Of a stretch of 64,000 nt of DNA, positions 23,893 through 35,184 are shown in pieces. Source of the DNA: an uncultured delta proteobacterium (GTDB lineage: Bacteria; Myxococcota_A; UBA9160; SZUA-336); contig CAVPHD010000010.1 of the NCBI GenBank assembly GCA_963704165.1, positions 1-64,000 of the forward strand, read 5' to 3'. The stretch's first letter is position 1; each line of letters begins with the position of its first letter. Under the pieces are notes generated by a model, which was given only the letters and a program-made list of their open reading frames with translations, made no database searches and had not been told where the DNA came from. The translations under genes were made by a program, and so were the position numbers.

Positions 23893-26800
23893 GCGAGTCC
23901 GAGGACGGCCCGACCGGCACCGAGATCGCGATCGTCGGCATCTCGTGCCGGTTCCCCGGTGCGCGCGACGCGAGCGAGCTCTGGGCGAACCTGCGCTCGG
24001 GGGTCGAGTCGATCGTGCGTTACGACGACGACGCGCTGCTCGCGGCGGGCGTCGATCCCGCGCTGCTCTCGAATCCGAACTACGTGAAGGCCGGCGGACA
24101 ACTCCCCGACGTCGACGGCTTCGACGCGGGCTTCTTCGGCTTCGGACCGAAGGACGCCGCGATCACCGACCCGCAGCACCGCCACATGCTCGAGTGCGCC
24201 TGGGAGGCGCTCGAGAACGCCGGCCACCCGCCGTCGCGTTTCGACGGCGCGATCGGCGTCTTCGTCGGCTGTGGCATGAACGGGTACTTCATCTACAACC
24301 TGCTGCGGAACCCGGACATCGTGGCATCGACGGGCACCTTCCTGCTCCGTCACACCGGGAACGACCGCGACTTCCTGCCGACGACCGTCTCCTACAAGCT
24401 GAACCTGACGGGCCCCTCGGTCGCGATCCAGACCGCCTGCTCGACGTCGCTCGTCGCGATCCACGTCGCCTGCCAGAGCCTGCTCGCGCGCGAGTGCGAC
24501 CTCGCGCTCGCGGGCGGCGTCACGATCGTGATCCCGCCCGGCCGCGGCTACATGTACAACGAGAACGAGCCGCTCTCGCCCGACGGCCACTGCCGCGCGT
24601 TCGACGCGCGCGGCGCGGGCACGGTGCTGACGAGCGGGATCGGCGTCGTCGCGCTGCGCCGGCTCGAGGACGCGCTCGAGGACGGCGACCCGATCCACGC
24701 GGTGATCCGCGGCTCCGCGATCAACAACGACGGCTCGCGCAAGATCGGCTACCTCGCTCCGTCCGTCGACGGACAGGCCGCCGTCGTCGCCGAGGCGCTC
24801 GCCGTCGCCGACGTCTCGGCCGACGAGATCTCCTACGTCGAGACCCACGGCACGGGCACGAACGTCGGCGACCCGATCGAGATCAGCGCGCTCACGCAGG
24901 CCTTCCGGCAGACGACCGACCGCAGCGGCTACTGCGCGATCGGCTCGAACAAGCCCAACGTCGGGCACACCGACACCGCGGCCGGCGTCGCGAGCCTGAT
25001 CAAGGTCGTGCAGGCGCTCAGGCACGGCGAGCTTCCGCCGAGCCTGCACTACGAACGGCCGAACCCGACCATCGATTTCGAATCCTCGCCCTTCTTCGTG
25101 AATGCGGCGCTTCGCGAGTGGAAGGTCGCCAGCGGCAAGCGCCGGGCCGGGATCTCGTCGCTCGGAGTCGGTGGCACGAACGCCCACGTGATCGTCGAGG
25201 AAGCGCCGCTGCGAGTCTCGGCGGCCGCCAGGCGCAGCTTCGAGATCCTGCCGCTCTCGGCGAAGACCGCGACGTCGCTCGACGCATCGGCTGCGAAGCT
25301 CGCGGGCTTCCTGCGCGCGAATCCCGAACCGCCTCTCGCGGACGTCGCGCACACGCTTCAGCTCGGCCGGGACTCCTTCGAGCACCGGCGCGTTCTCGTC
25401 GCGCGCAGCCACGGCGAGGCCGCGGATCTGCTCGAGATCGCCGACACGAAGCGCGTCTTCGGCGCGCGCGCGAAGGGCTCGGCGCCATCGGTGGTCTTCA
25501 TGTTCCCCGGCGGCGGCGCGCAGTATCCGAACATGGGCCTCGGACTCTACGAGGGCGAGCCCGTCTATCGCGCGGCCATGGACGAGGCGTTCGCGGCCGC
25601 GCGACGGATTCTGGACTTCGATCTTCGCGCCCTCGTCTACCCGGGAGCGAACCGCACGGAGGGGCTCGACGCGAAGCTCGCGCGGCCGACGGCGTGCCTG
25701 CCCGCGATCCTCGCCACCGAGTACGCGCTCGCCAAGCTCTGGCTGTCGTGGGGTGTCGAGCCCGTGGCGCTCACCGGTCACAGCATGGGGGAGTACACCG
25801 CGGCGTGTCTGTCGGGCGTGATCTCGCTCGAGGACGCGCTGCGCATCGTCTCGGTCCGCGGACGCCTGGTCGATTCGCTCTCGACGTCGGGACGCATGCT
25901 CTCGGTGCCGCTGCCCGAGGCCGAGCTTCGGGCGCTGCTGCCCGCCGACCTCGACCTCGGCGTCGTGAACGGCCCCTCGCTGTGCGTGGTCTGCGGCGAG
26001 ACCGCGGCCATCGAACGCTTCGACGCCGAGCTTCGCGCGCGCGACGTCCAATGCCAGATGCTTCGCGTCCCCGCCGCGGGTCACTGCCGGTTGCTCGATC
26101 CGATCCTCGACGAGTTCCGAAGCTGTCTCGGTTCGGTGTCGTTCTCGGCGCCGCGGATTCCGTACGTCTCGAACCTGACGGGAACCTGGGTGGTCCCGGA
26201 AGACGCGCGCGATCCGGCGTACTGGCTGCGCCACTTCCGCGAGCCCGTGCGCTTCTCGCAGGGTCTCGCGACGCTGCTCGAGGATCCGAATCGCGTGCTC
26301 CTGGAAGTCGGTCCGGGCCAGACGCTCGCCTCACTCGCACGCCAGCAGTCGAAACCGGCGCGCGCCGCGTTCGGCTCGCTCCGCCATCCCGACGACACGG
26401 TTCCCGACGAGATCTTCGTCGCGACCAGCTTCGGACGTCTCTGGACGAGCGGCGTGGACGTGGATTGGAGCGCGCGCCGCGGCGACGAATCCCGCCTTCG
26501 CGTCGCGCTGCCGACCTACGCCTGGGAACACCAGCGCTACTGGATCGATCCGGCGAAGGAGACGACCGCTTCGAGCCCGGCCGACGCGGAGCTCTCGCGT
26601 CTTGAATCGGTGTCGAACTGGTTCACCGAGCGTGTGTTCCGTCCGGAGCCGCTCGCCTCGACGCCCGACGGGGAACCGCTCTCCTGGCTCGTCTTCGCGG
26701 ACCCCGCCGGCCTGGGCGCCGCGGTCTGCGTGGAGCTCGAGAAACGGGGCCACAGCGTCACCGTCGTCCGCGAGGGCGACGCGTTCTACCGCCTGAGCGA

Positions 26801-29800
26801 GCGCGAGTACGCGCTCGCCCCCGAGGCCGGTGTCGATGGCTACGTCGAGCTGGTTCGCGATCTCGACGCGAACGGCCGACTCCCGGATCGAATCGCGCAC
26901 CTCTGGCTCGTCACCGCGGACGAGACTGCTCGCCCCGGCTCGAACTTCTTCAACCGCAACCAGGAGCGCGGGTTCTACAGCCTGCTCCACCTGGCCCAGG
27001 CGCTCGGCGGCGAAGACGTGAAGCACCCGATGCACGTGGCGGTCGTCTCCAACGGCATGCAGCGCGTCGGGAACGAGGCGCTTCGCTACCCGGAGAAGGC
27101 GACGGTGCTCGGGCCGGTCGGCGTGATCGCGCAGGAGCTTCCCGAGCTCACGCTCCAGAGCATCGACCTCGCGGCTCCCGAGCTCGGTTCCCGCGCCCGA
27201 AGCCGCGACGCGCTCGACCTCGGCGGAGACCTCGTCGCCAAGCTCCTCGCCGACATGTCTCCACGGAATGCGGATCGGCGCATCGCGTACCGAGGCGGGC
27301 AACGCTTCGTCCAGCGCTTCGAGACCCTCGCGTCACCGGCCAGCGCACCCACTTCGTCGACGCTGCGCGAGCGCGGAACGTACCTGATCACCGGTGGCCT
27401 CGGGGGGCTCGGGATGCTGCTCGCCGGGCATCTCGCGCAAACCGTGAAGGCGAAGCTCGTGCTCGTCGGGCGCACGCGGATGCCGAGCCGTCCCGAGTGG
27501 AAGAGCTGGCTTTCGAGCCACGGCTCGACCGATGCCACGAGTCAGACGCTGCGCAAGCTGCTCGAGCTCGAGTCCCTCGGTGCGGAGCTCCTGATCGAGA
27601 GCGGCGACGTCGCCGACATCGTGCGAATGCGCGAGATCGTCGCGCTCGCGCGCGAGCGATTCGGCGAGATCCACGGCGTCTTCCACGTCGCGGGCGCGAT
27701 CGACGATGCACCGATCCAGGCGAAGACCCAGGCGTCGATCGAAGCGGTCTTCAGCCCGAAGGTCCACGGCACGCTCGTGCTCGACGCGCTCTTGCCGGAC
27801 GTCGAGCTCTTCGCGCTGTTCTCGTCGAACTCGAGCGTGCTCGGCGCGGCCGGTCAGATCGACTACGCCGCCGCGAGCGCCTTCGTCGATGCGTTCGCGG
27901 AGAGCCGGGCTTCGCGAAAGCGCCCGCGGACGCTCGCGATCGGTTGGGGCGTATGGCGCGACGTGGGACTGGCCGTGAGGTCGTACGAGCGCCTCGGAGG
28001 CGGCACGCCGAGCGGACGGCCCGCCACCCATCCGCTGCTCGGGCGGCGCATCTCCGACGCGTCCGACCGCGTGGCGTTCTCGACCGTCTTCAAGGGACCC
28101 GAGCACTGGCTCCTCGACGATCACCGCACCCGGGCCGGCGACGCGCTGATTCCCGGCACCGGCTACCTGGAAATCGCGCGGGGCGCGTTCGCCGAGCTCG
28201 AGAACGCGACTTCGGTCGAGCTGCGCAGCGTGTTCTTCGTCGCGCCGTGCGTGGTCGGCGCGGACGAGGACGTCGAGCTGCGCACGATCCTGCGGCGCGG
28301 GGCCGAAGGATGCGAGGTCGAGATCGAGAGCCGAAAAGTCGGCGGAATCGAGTGGCAGCTTCACGCCCAGGCGGAAGCCCGTGTCTGCGACGAGCCCGCG
28401 CCCGAACCGCTTCGGCCGGCCGAGATCGCCGGACGCATGGGCGCGCCGCAGATCGCGCGCGCGGGGGAGTCGCTCGACACGCTCCACGCGCGGCACCTGC
28501 GCTTCGGTCCGCGCTGGAGCGTTCTGCGCAAGATGTGCTTCGGCGCGAACGAAGCGCTCGCGGAGCTCGAGCTGCCCGACGCGTTCAAGTCCGACCTCGG
28601 CAGCTATGGCCTGCACCCCGCCCTGCTCGATCTCGCCACCGGCTTCGCCACCCCGCTGATCGAGGGCTACACGGGAGCGGAGCTGTACGCACCGATGTCC
28701 TACGAGCGCGTGCGCGTCTTCGCGGCGATGCCGCAGCGAATCGTCAGCCACGTGCGCGGCGCGCAGTCGAATCAGGTCGGCAAGGAAGTCGCGATCTTCG
28801 ACGTCACGATCGCCGACGAGACGGGACGCGTGATCGCGGAGGTCGAGCGATTCGCGATCCGCAAGCTCGCCGTCGACGCGGTGCTCGGTCGCGCCCCATC
28901 GTCCGCGAAATCGCCCGTGTCCGCGCGTGGCTCCGACGCCCACACCGAATCCGGTCATCGGACGGAGGCCGAACGGCTCTTCCGCAGGACCTACGAGCTC
29001 GGAATCCGCCCGAGCGAGGGCATGGAGGCGCTCGATCGATTGCTCGCGGCCCCCCCGCACCCGCACGTCTTCGTCTCGTCGCTCGACCTGCCCGCGCTCG
29101 TCGAGCGGTTTCGAAGCGCGCCGAAGGCCTCCGACGCGCCGGCCACCAGCTTCGCGCGGCCGCAGCTCGAGACCAGCTACGTCGCTCCGCGCGACGAGAT
29201 CGAGCGCACGCTCGCCGGCTTCTGGCAGGAGCTCCTCGGCGTCGATCAGGTCGGCATCGCCGACGACTTCTTCGAGCTCGGAGGTCACTCGCTGATCGCG
29301 GTGCGGCTCTTCGCCAAGATCAAGAAGACCTGGAACGCCGAGTACGCGATCTCGGTGCTCTTCGAAGCGCCGACGATCGAGAAGTGCGCGCAGCTCGTGC
29401 GCGAGGATCTCGGCATCGAGCTCGGCAGCGAGCAGCCGGACGCGCGCAAGAAGGAACGCCGTTCCCGCCTTCTGGTGCCGCTGCAGATCGGTTCGAAGGA
29501 TCGGCCGCCGTTCTTCCTGGTCGCGGGCATGTTCGGAAACGTCTTGAACCTGCGACACGTCGCGCAGCATCTCGGCTCCGACCAGACGGTCTACGCGATC
29601 CAGGCGAAGGGGCTGCTCGGCGACGACGAGCCGCACCGCCGCTTCCCGGACATGGCGCGCGACTACCTGGAAGAGGTGCGCGCGGTGCAGCCCGACGGTC
29701 CCTACTACATCGGCGGTTTCTCGGGCGGCGGTCTCACCGCCTTCGAAATGGCCGTGCAGCTTCTCGCCCAGGAGCAGGAGGTCGGAGTTCTCGTCCTGCT

Positions 29801-30317
29801 CGACAGCCTGCCGGCCGAAGAAGTTCCCCTGGGCGCGGCGCGGAAGCTTCGCATCCACGCCCAGCACATGGCGCGCGAGGGCATCGCCTATCCGCTCGCG
29901 TGGCTGCGCAAACGCGTGCGCTGGGAGCTCGACAAGCGCGCCTCGCAGAACGCCGCGCCGGCTCGCGATCTCTCGCCCGCGGAGTTCCGCTCCGCCGAGA
30001 TCGAGAAGGCGTTTCTCGAGGCGCTCGCGCACTACCGGACGCCGGTCTATCCGGGACGCGTGCAGCTGTTCCGGCCGACGCACGACGACTGGTTCGCGCT
30101 CGGCGGCGGACTCGTGATGAATCCCCACAACCGCGGCCAGATCGCGAACCACGAGAACCGGTTCGGCCCGCACGTGCTCGGTGGAATCGAAGTCCACGTG
30201 GTCTCCGGCGATCACGACGCGATGGTGCTCGAGCCCCACGTGCGAAGCCTCGCGTCGAAGCTCCGTGCCTGCCTGGACGACGCGATCCAGGCGAAGTCGG
30301 GCCCATGTCCGTCGTGA
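23889..30317 (+). CDS. Single-module type I PKS, KS-AT-KR-DH-ACP-TE (intact, 2142 aa)
   Basis: [26 protein letters not shown] and [33 protein letters not shown]...IP..HPALLD. ACP GGHSL. TE GFSGG..GDH. Confidence 0.95.
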
Positions 30318-31000
30318 CCGGCGACCTGCGGCCCGCAACGCCGCCCGCTGCACCCGATCCGCGTCGGCTGTTTCCGCGCGGTGTCTCGGTGCTCTCGAGC
30401 CCGGTGCTCGACACGCTCGACGGGCTGCACCCGTCCGAACGCGCGTGCGTGGACCGCGCCGTGGCGAAGCGCCAGCACGAGTTCGCGACCGGCCGGCTGC
30501 TCGCGCGCCGCCTGCTCGCGCGACTCGGAGCTCCCGACTTCGCGCTGCTCGCCGGTTCAGATCGCGCGCCGATCTGGCCGCCGGGCGTGATCGGGTCGAT
30601 CTCGCACTCGCACGGTCTGTGCGTGGTCGTGGTCTCGCCGCGCGGCGCGCTCGCCGGACTCGGAGTCGACGTCGAGGAAGCCGGGGCCGTGCATCCGGAG
30701 CTCTGGCGACGCGTGCTGCGACCCGAGGAAGAGAGCTGGTTGCGCTCACGGCCGTTCGCGGAGCAGCGCCGACTCGCCGCGGTCTTCTTCAGCGCGAAGG
30801 AAGCGCTCTACAAGGCGCAGTATCCGATCACGCGCGCGCGACTCGGCTTCCACGACGTCTCGCTCGAGCTCGAAACTTCGAACGGGACGTTCCGCGCGCG
30901 CGTGCCCGGCTTCACGCGCCCCCTCGCGGGATCGTTCGCGATCGACGACCCGTGGGTCCTGACCGGGCTCGCGCTCGCCGCCGTGGACGTGCCCGCGTGA
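30305..31000 (+). CDS. 4'-phosphopantetheinyl transferase (EntD/Sfp type)
   Basis: KRQHEF..GR, P.WP.G.IGSISHS, GLGVDVE and FSAKEALYKA. Confidence 0.93.
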   Translation: MSVVTGDLRPATPPAAPDPRRLFPRGVSVLSSPVLDTLDGLHPSERACVDRAVAKRQHEFATGRLLARRLLARLGAPDFALLAGSDRAPIWPPGVIGSISHSHGLCVVVVSPRGALAGLGVDVEEAGAVHPELWRRVLRPEEESWLRSRPFAEQRRLAAVFFSAKEALYKAQYPITRARLGFHDVSLELETSNGTFRARVPGFTRPLAGSFAIDDPWVLTGLALAAVDVPA

Positions 31001-31974
31001 AGCTCCTCGTCGTCGTGATCAACTACCGCACGCCGGACCTGACGCTGCGCGCGGTCGAAGCGGCGCTGCGCGAGCTCGAAGGCATTCCGGAGAGCGCCAT
31101 CGCGTTGGTCGAGAACGACTCGCGCGACGGCTCGTACGAGCGATTCACGGAGGAGATCGCGTCGCGCGGTTGGAGCAAGCGCGTCCGGCTCTCGAAGTCC
31201 GCGTACAACGGCGGCTTCTCGTACGGAGTGAATCAGGGCGTGCGGCCGTCGCTCGAGTCGGGGGATCCGGCCGAGTACTTCTACCTTCTGAACTCCGACG
31301 CCGCGCCGCTTCCGGGCGCGATCCGCGAGCTCCTGGGGTTTCTCGAGCACCATCCCGAGATCGGCATCGCCGGCAGCCAGATCTTCGGCACCGACGGCAC
31401 GCTGCACGAGACCGCGTTCCGCTTCCACAATCTGGTGTCGGAGTTCACGGCTCCGATCAAGGGCATTCCCGGACTCGCGCGCTGGACGGACCCGCACATG
31501 GTCGCGATGCCGATTCCGACGGTGGCGACGCGCGTCGACTGGTTGGCCGGCGCGAGCATGATGATCCGCCGCGAGGTCTTCGAATCTGCCGGGCTCTTCG
31601 ACGAGCGGTACTTCCTGTACTACGAGGAGACCGACTTCTGCCTTCGCGCACACGAGCGCGGCTTCTCGACCTGGTACGTGCCCGAGAGCCGTGTCGAGCA
31701 CGTCGGCGCCGCATCGACCGGATGGAAGGACTTCGACAAGCCGCGCACTCCGCACTGGTTCCGAGGCCGGCGCTATTACTGGCTGAAGAACCGCGGACGC
31801 GCGGCGCTCTGGGCCTCGAACCTGCTCTGGATCGCGGGACATCTGATCGGACGCGCGAAGGCCCGGTTGCTCGGCCGCGCCTACCCCAAGCCGCCGCGGC
31901 TTCTCCGCGACTTCCTTCGTCACAACCTCGGCTTCGCGAAGATCGGCCCCGCGCGGCCTCCCGTTCAGAGCTGA
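30997..31974 (+). CDS. Glycosyltransferase family 2
   Basis: VVINY, VENDSRDGS, NGGFSYGVN, LLNSD, GAS, FDERYFLYYEETDFC and H.GAAS. Confidence 0.93.
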   Translation: MKLLVVVINYRTPDLTLRAVEAALRELEGIPESAIALVENDSRDGSYERFTEEIASRGWSKRVRLSKSAYNGGFSYGVNQGVRPSLESGDPAEYFYLLNSDAAPLPGAIRELLGFLEHHPEIGIAGSQIFGTDGTLHETAFRFHNLVSEFTAPIKGIPGLARWTDPHMVAMPIPTVATRVDWLAGASMMIRREVFESAGLFDERYFLYYEETDFCLRAHERGFSTWYVPESRVEHVGAASTGWKDFDKPRTPHWFRGRRYYWLKNRGRAALWASNLLWIAGHLIGRAKARLLGRAYPKPPRLLRDFLRHNLGFAKIGPARPPVQS

Positions 31975-32969
31975 TCGAGCGCGCCCTCGATCGGCGCGCG
32001 CAGACGCCGGGCGGCCTCCACGTGGCCGGAGCGGTTCCAGTGCCCATCGATGCGGTAGTAGAGATCCGGACGCGCGGACTTGTCGGGCATTGCGACGAAC
32101 GCGGCCCCGCTCTCGCGCGCGACCTGGCCGACGCTCGACGCGACCTCCGGCAAAGCGTCGGCGCAGAGGACGACGACCGGCCAACCTCGATCGCGAGCCG
32201 TCGCGATCAGCTCCGCGAGCAGCCGCAGCGTCAGGCGCTCTCGCTCCGCATCGGACGCCGGCATCGAGGCCGCCGTCGCGGGATCCGGCGATCGCCGTGA
32301 GCGCGCGATCTGCATCACGGCCGCAAAGACGTGCGAGTGCGAGAGCCCCGGAATCCGGTCGACCACGGGCTGGATCCGGCGCAAGAGCGAACGCGGCACG
32401 GGCACGGGCGCCTCGACGAGCTCACCGTCGGCCCCGAGGCGGAAGAAGCCGTCGCGGAGATCGTCGCCGAAGTCGTTCGCGCTCGACTGGTAGACGAGAA
32501 CGGTCGGGAGTCCGGCCTCGTCCGCGTACCCGCGAACGAGGCGAAGCGCCCGACCCGTTCCGGTGTTGCCCACGCCCTCGTTCAGGACCCGCACGTCTCG
32601 GCCCCCGGCGCGGAGCTGCGCCGCGATCAGCCGCGCGAACTCCTCGCCGTCGTCGACGCCGTAGCCCTCGGTGAACGAGTCGCCGACGAAGACGACGCGC
32701 GACTTCGCCGCGAGCTCGCTCGGCGTCGGCTCCGGACCGCGCTGGCCGCGCGAGTTCGTCGACAGATGCATCGTGAATTCGGGCGTCCAGCGCGTCGCCC
32801 TGAGGTCGACCTTGTGGCGCGAGCCGAGGATCGGATCGTAGAGGCTGAACGACGGGCCGATCTCGCGCACCGGAACCAGCCACCGCGCCCCGATCTCGAA
32901 GAGCGCGAGCGCCACGAGCGTCGCCAGCGCGAGCGAAACCAGCCGCACGCGTCGGCCCGCCTCGCTCAT
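31965..32969 (-). CDS. Membrane-anchored SGNH/GDSL-family protein (AlgJ/AlgX-like acyltransferase or esterase)
   Basis: N-terminal TM, NSRGQRG, GDSFTEG, N.GV, ND..D and DGHWN. Confidence 0.85.
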   Translation of the reverse strand: MSEAGRRVRLVSLALATLVALALFEIGARWLVPVREIGPSFSLYDPILGSRHKVDLRATRWTPEFTMHLSTNSRGQRGPEPTPSELAAKSRVVFVGDSFTEGYGVDDGEEFARLIAAQLRAGGRDVRVLNEGVGNTGTGRALRLVRGYADEAGLPTVLVYQSSANDFGDDLRDGFFRLGADGELVEAPVPVPRSLLRRIQPVVDRIPGLSHSHVFAAVMQIARSRRSPDPATAASMPASDAERERLTLRLLAELIATARDRGWPVVVLCADALPEVASSVGQVARESGAAFVAMPDKSARPDLYYRIDGHWNRSGHVEAARRLRAPIEGALDQL

Positions 32970-32987
32970 GTCAACCCTCGGTCCGCA

Positions 32988-34238
32988 TCAGCGGGGCAGC
33001 GTGCGGAGCCCTTGCGCGGGTGCGTTGATCAGCACCGCCATGTTTCCCGGCGGGTGTCGGTTCTCGTACATGACCTGGTGGATCTGCGCGATGTCGCGGA
33101 ACTCCGCGCAGAGCGACAGGCACGGGTCGATCCGGCCGGAATCGACCATGCGGTTCAGCTCGGCGCACTCGCCCGTGCTCGCGAAGTGCGAGCCCTGCAG
33201 GCGCTTCGAGCGCATCCACAGAAAGCGCAGGTCGATGTCGCCGTTGTACCCCGACGTGCCGCCGCAGATCACCACCATGCCGCCGTTGTCGCACATGAAC
33301 ATGGAGGTCGGCAGTGTCGCCTTGCCGGAGTGCTCGAAGACGATCCGCGGGCTGCGCCGCTCGCCGAGAACCTCCCAGAACTTCTTCCCGAACGCGCGCA
33401 CGCCCTTGTTCCACTTCGCGTAGGCCTCGGAATCATCGAAGTCGGGAAGCCGTCCCCAGTGATCGAATTCCGTCCGGTCGATCACGCCCTTCGCTCCGAG
33501 CTGCAGACAGAAGTCGAACTTCGACGGGTCCGAGACCACCGCGATCGGAATCCCACCGCGCTCTCGCGTGACCTGGATCGCGAGCGAGCCGAGTCCCCCG
33601 GCTCCGCCCCAGATCAGCACGGGATCGCCCGGCCGCACGACGTTCGGATGCCAGTGCGTGAGCTGACGGTAGGCCGTCGCACCCGAGACCATGTAGCAGG
33701 ATGCCTGCTCCCAGGTCAGGCGTTCCGGCTTCGGGAAGCACATGTACTCGTCGACGGCCGAGAACTGCGCGAACCCGCCCCAGTTGTCCTCGTAGCCCCA
33801 GACGGACGTCGTCGACGACATGATCGGATCCGCGCCGCCGCGGATGTCGGGCGCGCTCTCGTCCCAACGGCACGACGAGATGACGACCGGATCGCCGACC
33901 TCGAGCCCCTTCACGCGGCTGCCGACGGCCCAGACGATTCCAGATCCCTCGGAGCCACCGATGTGGAAATTCTCCGGCTCGCCTCGCTTCTGTCGGATCG
34001 CGATCATGTCGACCGGTCGCGCCATCGCCGCCCAGATGTTGTTGTAGTTCACACCGCAGGCCATCATGTGCACGAGGACCTGATGGTCCTTCGGCTTCGG
34101 GACGGGGACTTCCTCGATCACGAACGCCTTGTTCGGCGGGCCGTAGCGCTCCGGGCGGATCAGGGCCGCGTACATCCGCTCCGGAACCACGCCGAGCGGG
34201 GGCACCTCGCCGATCTCGTAGATGGACTTCTTCGTCAC
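32988..34238 (-). CDS. ccr: Crotonyl-CoA carboxylase/reductase
   Basis: GVNYNNIW, HIGGS, WGYE, WGGAGGLGS, VFEHSG, CGGTSG and KRLQGSHF. GTG start at 34238. Confidence 0.92.
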   Translation of the reverse strand: MTKKSIYEIGEVPPLGVVPERMYAALIRPERYGPPNKAFVIEEVPVPKPKDHQVLVHMMACGVNYNNIWAAMARPVDMIAIRQKRGEPENFHIGGSEGSGIVWAVGSRVKGLEVGDPVVISSCRWDESAPDIRGGADPIMSSTTSVWGYEDNWGGFAQFSAVDEYMCFPKPERLTWEQASCYMVSGATAYRQLTHWHPNVVRPGDPVLIWGGAGGLGSLAIQVTRERGGIPIAVVSDPSKFDFCLQLGAKGVIDRTEFDHWGRLPDFDDSEAYAKWNKGVRAFGKKFWEVLGERRSPRIVFEHSGKATLPTSMFMCDNGGMVVICGGTSGYNGDIDLRFLWMRSKRLQGSHFASTGECAELNRMVDSGRIDPCLSLCAEFRDIAQIHQVMYENRHPPGNMAVLINAPAQGLRTLPR

Positions 34239-34371
34239 GCGGCTTTCCTCTCCCTCTGACCGCGCGAGGCGATCCACCCGAGTCTAGGCGGCAAATCCGG
34301 CATCTGCCTGCGCACCTCCGCTCTCATCGGCGGATCGGCGCGCGACGCTTGATCGCCACACCCGAACGAGC

Positions 34372-35184
34372 TCAAACACGGCGGAGCAGATCGACCAGGT
34401 CGCGCCCGCGCAGGATCCGGTCGCGGCGGGGCACGATTCCGAAGCGCAGCTTCCGAACGATCCGGTACTCGAACGGCGGATTCGGGCAGAACGTCGGAAC
34501 GAGTTCCGCGGCCGTGAGGTCGAGCGCCAGAGCCTCGGTCGCCCGCGACGTGATCAGCGCGCAGGCGTCGGTACGGCTCATCGACTCCGCTTGCGTGACT
34601 CCGATCGAGCGCTTCACACACGCACGAACGATTCCGGGCACGAGCGCCCGAGCCTCGTCGCAGGCGAGGTCGTCTCCCGAGATGAACAGTGTCGGTAGAC
34701 CCAGCGCCCACGCGTGAAGCGCGCGCGTGCCGAACTCGCCGATCTCGATTCCGTTCAGCAGGTGACGACGGACGCGCCGGCTCGAGTAGGTGTGCGCGAG
34801 GTTCCCGCCCGACCCTTCCATCGCGTGCTGCCCGACGAAGGCGAGCGCGTCGGCGGGAGGTGTGGCCGCTCGCGCGTGGTCGAGAAGGCCGGCGAATCCG
34901 CGCGGGTCGTCGTGGCGGAACTTCGAGACGCGCGCGTCGATGCCGTCGAGGTCGGCCCCTCCGTACCCGTGTCCGTCCCAGACGCTGATCGCGGGCGCAT
35001 CGATCCGCGCGCGTTGCGCTGCGTCGAGCACCCCTCGGATGAACGCGTTGACGTCCTCGGTCAGGTACGCCCGAGCGCGCTCGAGCTCGGGACCCGGGAT
35101 TCGCGTCTGCGACCAGTCACGGACGCCCGCCACTCCCTCGATGTCGGTGACGACGAAGAGATGCCGTGTCCGTCGTGCGTTCAT
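34372..35184 (-). CDS. M55-family (DppA-like) D-aminopeptidase
   Basis: TDIEGVAG, DGHG, FVGQH, LAHT, IGEF and SGDD..C.EA metal-ligand motifs. Confidence 0.85.
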   Translation of the reverse strand: MNARRTRHLFVVTDIEGVAGVRDWSQTRIPGPELERARAYLTEDVNAFIRGVLDAAQRARIDAPAISVWDGHGYGGADLDGIDARVSKFRHDDPRGFAGLLDHARAATPPADALAFVGQHAMEGSGGNLAHTYSSRRVRRHLLNGIEIGEFGTRALHAWALGLPTLFISGDDLACDEARALVPGIVRACVKRSIGVTQAESMSRTDACALITSRATEALALDLTAAELVPTFCPNPPFEYRIVRKLRFGIVPRRDRILRGRDLVDLLRRV

